Translations under genes and position numbers: made by a program
The notes under the pieces: generated by a model
Database searches by the model: none
What the model saw: only the letters and a program-made list of their open reading frames with translations
Told to the model about the DNA's origin: nothing
Shown here: in pieces, positions 62,283 to 64,000 of the stretch
Layout: the number at the start of each line of letters is the position of its first letter
Position numbering within the stretch: position 1 is the stretch's first letter
DNA from: Trichormus sp. ATA11-4-KO1
GTDB lineage: Bacteria; Cyanobacteriota; Cyanobacteriia; Cyanobacteriales; Nostocaceae
Assembly: GCA_019358915.1 (NCBI GenBank)
Contig: JAHHIM010000024.1
Coordinates: 1-64,000 of the forward strand
Direction: 5' to 3'
DNA: 64,000 bases

Positions 62283-63383
62283 CTAGCTCGCTTTCAGAGA
62301 TGGATAATCTGTGTAACCATTCTCCAAATTTTGCTCTTTCACACCATAGAATGTTGCAGGATTGGGCGAGTTTAACTCAGCATCAATTGCAAAACGCTCA
62401 GGTAAATCAGGGTTAGCGATAAATAGCTTGCCGAAGGAAACTAGATCCGCTTCATTTGTCACCAAAATTTGATTTCCCTGAGATTTATCATACCCTCCGT
62501 TGGTGATGATTAAGCCTTGATAGAGGGGGCGAAAGGTGGAAATTACGGGATTGATAACATCGCGGGTTGCTAAATCTTGTTCATTTGGCTCCATTAAATG
62601 AATGTAAGCAAGCGCAAATAAATTCAGCTTTTTAATCACATAGCTAAATGTTGCTTGAGGCTGAGAATCGTGCATTCCGTAAAATGTATTGCTGGGAGAT
62701 AACTTAATCCCGACGCGATCGCTTTCCCAAACTTGGCAAACTGCCTCGACCACTTCTAGGAGAAATCGCGCGCGATTTTCAATGGAACCGCCGTATTTAT
62801 CTGTTCTCTGATTTGAGCCGTCTTGCAAAAATTGATCGATTAAATAACCAAAAGCACCATGTAACTCAACGCCATCAAACCCTGCGTTCATGGCATTTTT
62901 TGCACCTTGGCGGAACTGCTCGATAATTTGCGGTATTTCGTCAGTTTCTAGAGCGCGGGGTGTTTCTAAGGTAACTTTGCCTCTTGGGGTGTGGAGTGTT
63001 CCCGTTGCGGCGATCGCACTAGGAGCTACAGGTAACTCACCATCCAAAAGAAATGGATGTCCTACCCGCCCACTGTGCCACAGTTGCAAGAAAATTTTGC
63101 CTCCTTTGGCATGAACGGCATCGGTGACTTGTTGCCATGCCGTTACCTGCTCAGGTGAGTAAATACCTGGACAGTTGATATATCCATTACTCAATGGTGA
63201 AATCATCGTGCATTCAGTGATGATCAACCCGGCTGAGGCTCTTTGGGCATAATATTCTGCCATCAAAGGAGTGGGAATTGATCCCACAGCCCGGAGGCGA
63301 GTCATCGGGGCCATGACCATCCGGTTTTGTAATGCCTGACTCCCCATTTGCATGGGTGAAAACAGATTAATGGTAGAACTCAT
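62283..63383 (-). CDS. Old yellow enzyme family alkene reductase
   Basis: MAPMTR, QLWHSGR, ELHGAFGYL.DQF, YGGSIENRARF, GYTDYP; ATG at 63383. Confidence 0.92.
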   Translation of the reverse strand: MSSTINLFSPMQMGSQALQNRMVMAPMTRLRAVGSIPTPLMAEYYAQRASAGLIITECTMISPLSNGYINCPGIYSPEQVTAWQQVTDAVHAKGGKIFLQLWHSGRVGHPFLLDGELPVAPSAIAATGTLHTPRGKVTLETPRALETDEIPQIIEQFRQGAKNAMNAGFDGVELHGAFGYLIDQFLQDGSNQRTDKYGGSIENRARFLLEVVEAVCQVWESDRVGIKLSPSNTFYGMHDSQPQATFSYVIKKLNLFALAYIHLMEPNEQDLATRDVINPVISTFRPLYQGLIITNGGYDKSQGNQILVTNEADLVSFGKLFIANPDLPERFAIDAELNSPNPATFYGVKEQNLENGYTDYPSLKAS

Positions 63384-63489
63384 GACTTTTCTTTGGTTTA
63401 AGCGCAAAGGTTCAATTGGTTACCACTTCAGGCTAAAATGACTGCTGCACAAAAACAATTAGGTACCAAATGGTGCGTGAAAAATTTTG

Positions 63490-63861
63490 ATGGTACAAGA
63501 CTTTCCCGAACCAGAATTATTCACACTCAATTGCCCGACTCAGCAAATTCTTGATGTGATTACAGATAAGTGGAGCGTGATTGTGCTATATTGCCTAGCC
63601 TACCGTTCACGACGATATAACGATATTCAGCGACGCATTGAAGGAATTTCCCAAAAGGTGCTAACTCAAACCCTGCGTAAACTAGAACGGCATGGGTTAG
63701 TGGAGCGTCAAGTATTATCACAGATGCCTTTGAGTGTGGAATATTCTCTAACACCTTTGGGAGAAACACTAATAGAACCATTACTAGCGATCGCTAATTG
63801 GTCAAGAGAACACTTTTCTAAGGTAGTTGCATCACGCAATCACTACGATCAGCAAGACTGA
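63490..63861 (+). CDS. HxlR family winged-helix regulator
   Basis: CP...LD...DKWS, GISQKVLTQTLR.LE, VEYSLT.LG; divergent from the OYE gene. Confidence 0.9.
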   Translation: MVQDFPEPELFTLNCPTQQILDVITDKWSVIVLYCLAYRSRRYNDIQRRIEGISQKVLTQTLRKLERHGLVERQVLSQMPLSVEYSLTPLGETLIEPLLAIANWSREHFSKVVASRNHYDQQD

Positions 63862-64000
63862 TCACAGTTATGATTAAGCACAAATAGTGAAGAGGCGATC
63901 GCATAATACGTAAAACAATTTTTGGAGCATTATCTTTCTCCTATGTTATGGTTGCAAAAATTTAGTTAAAGTTAATAACAAGATAACTCGATTACAGATG

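Larger units (their letters stand above)
1..64000. repeat. HIP1 (GCGATCGC) dispersed throughout the window
   Basis: Many copies seen, for example at 45272, 47375 and 48105. Confidence 0.95.

Noticed and set aside
51599..64000. Integrated island at tRNA-His
   Set aside because: No integrase and no repeat of the tRNA 3' end noticed downstream in this window.

Overview
Chromosomal segment of a heterocyst-forming cyanobacterium (Nostocales, Nostoc/Anabaena-like), judged from frequent HIP1 (GCGATCGC) sites, heptamer tandem repeats, patA, sasA and a cpcBACDEF-cpcG1-cpcG2-cpcG4 phycocyanin operon. Most of the window is housekeeping and signalling genes (sppA, aroH, HtrA protease, tlyA, PPK2, leuA, gor, cobA, crtW, Hik2-like kinase, three Ser/Thr kinases, tRNA-His), plus an accessory stress/detox block (about 40-48 kb) and many small MITE/REP/SDR elements. 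The main finding is the ORF-free 26.5-27.9 kb gap just downstream of the cpc operon. It holds seven diverged ~125-bp units on the minus strand. Each has a CATC-N9-GATG-like site, exactly 20 bp of spacer, a TAAATT-type -10, a variable ~25-30 nt segment and a covarying terminator hairpin with a U-tract. This looks like an array of separately promoted ~50-55 nt small RNAs, and two units carry an 8-nt match to the cpcA ribosome-binding region; transcription and targeting are inferences. Other points: a truncated pecF relic where the pec operon normally lies, a toxin-antitoxin cassette bounded by a 68-bp duplication of the cobA 3' end that stops at a HIP1 site, and 24-nt elements inserted in frame into cpcD and a rhodanese gene. 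All calls come from reading the sequence; no database searches were run.
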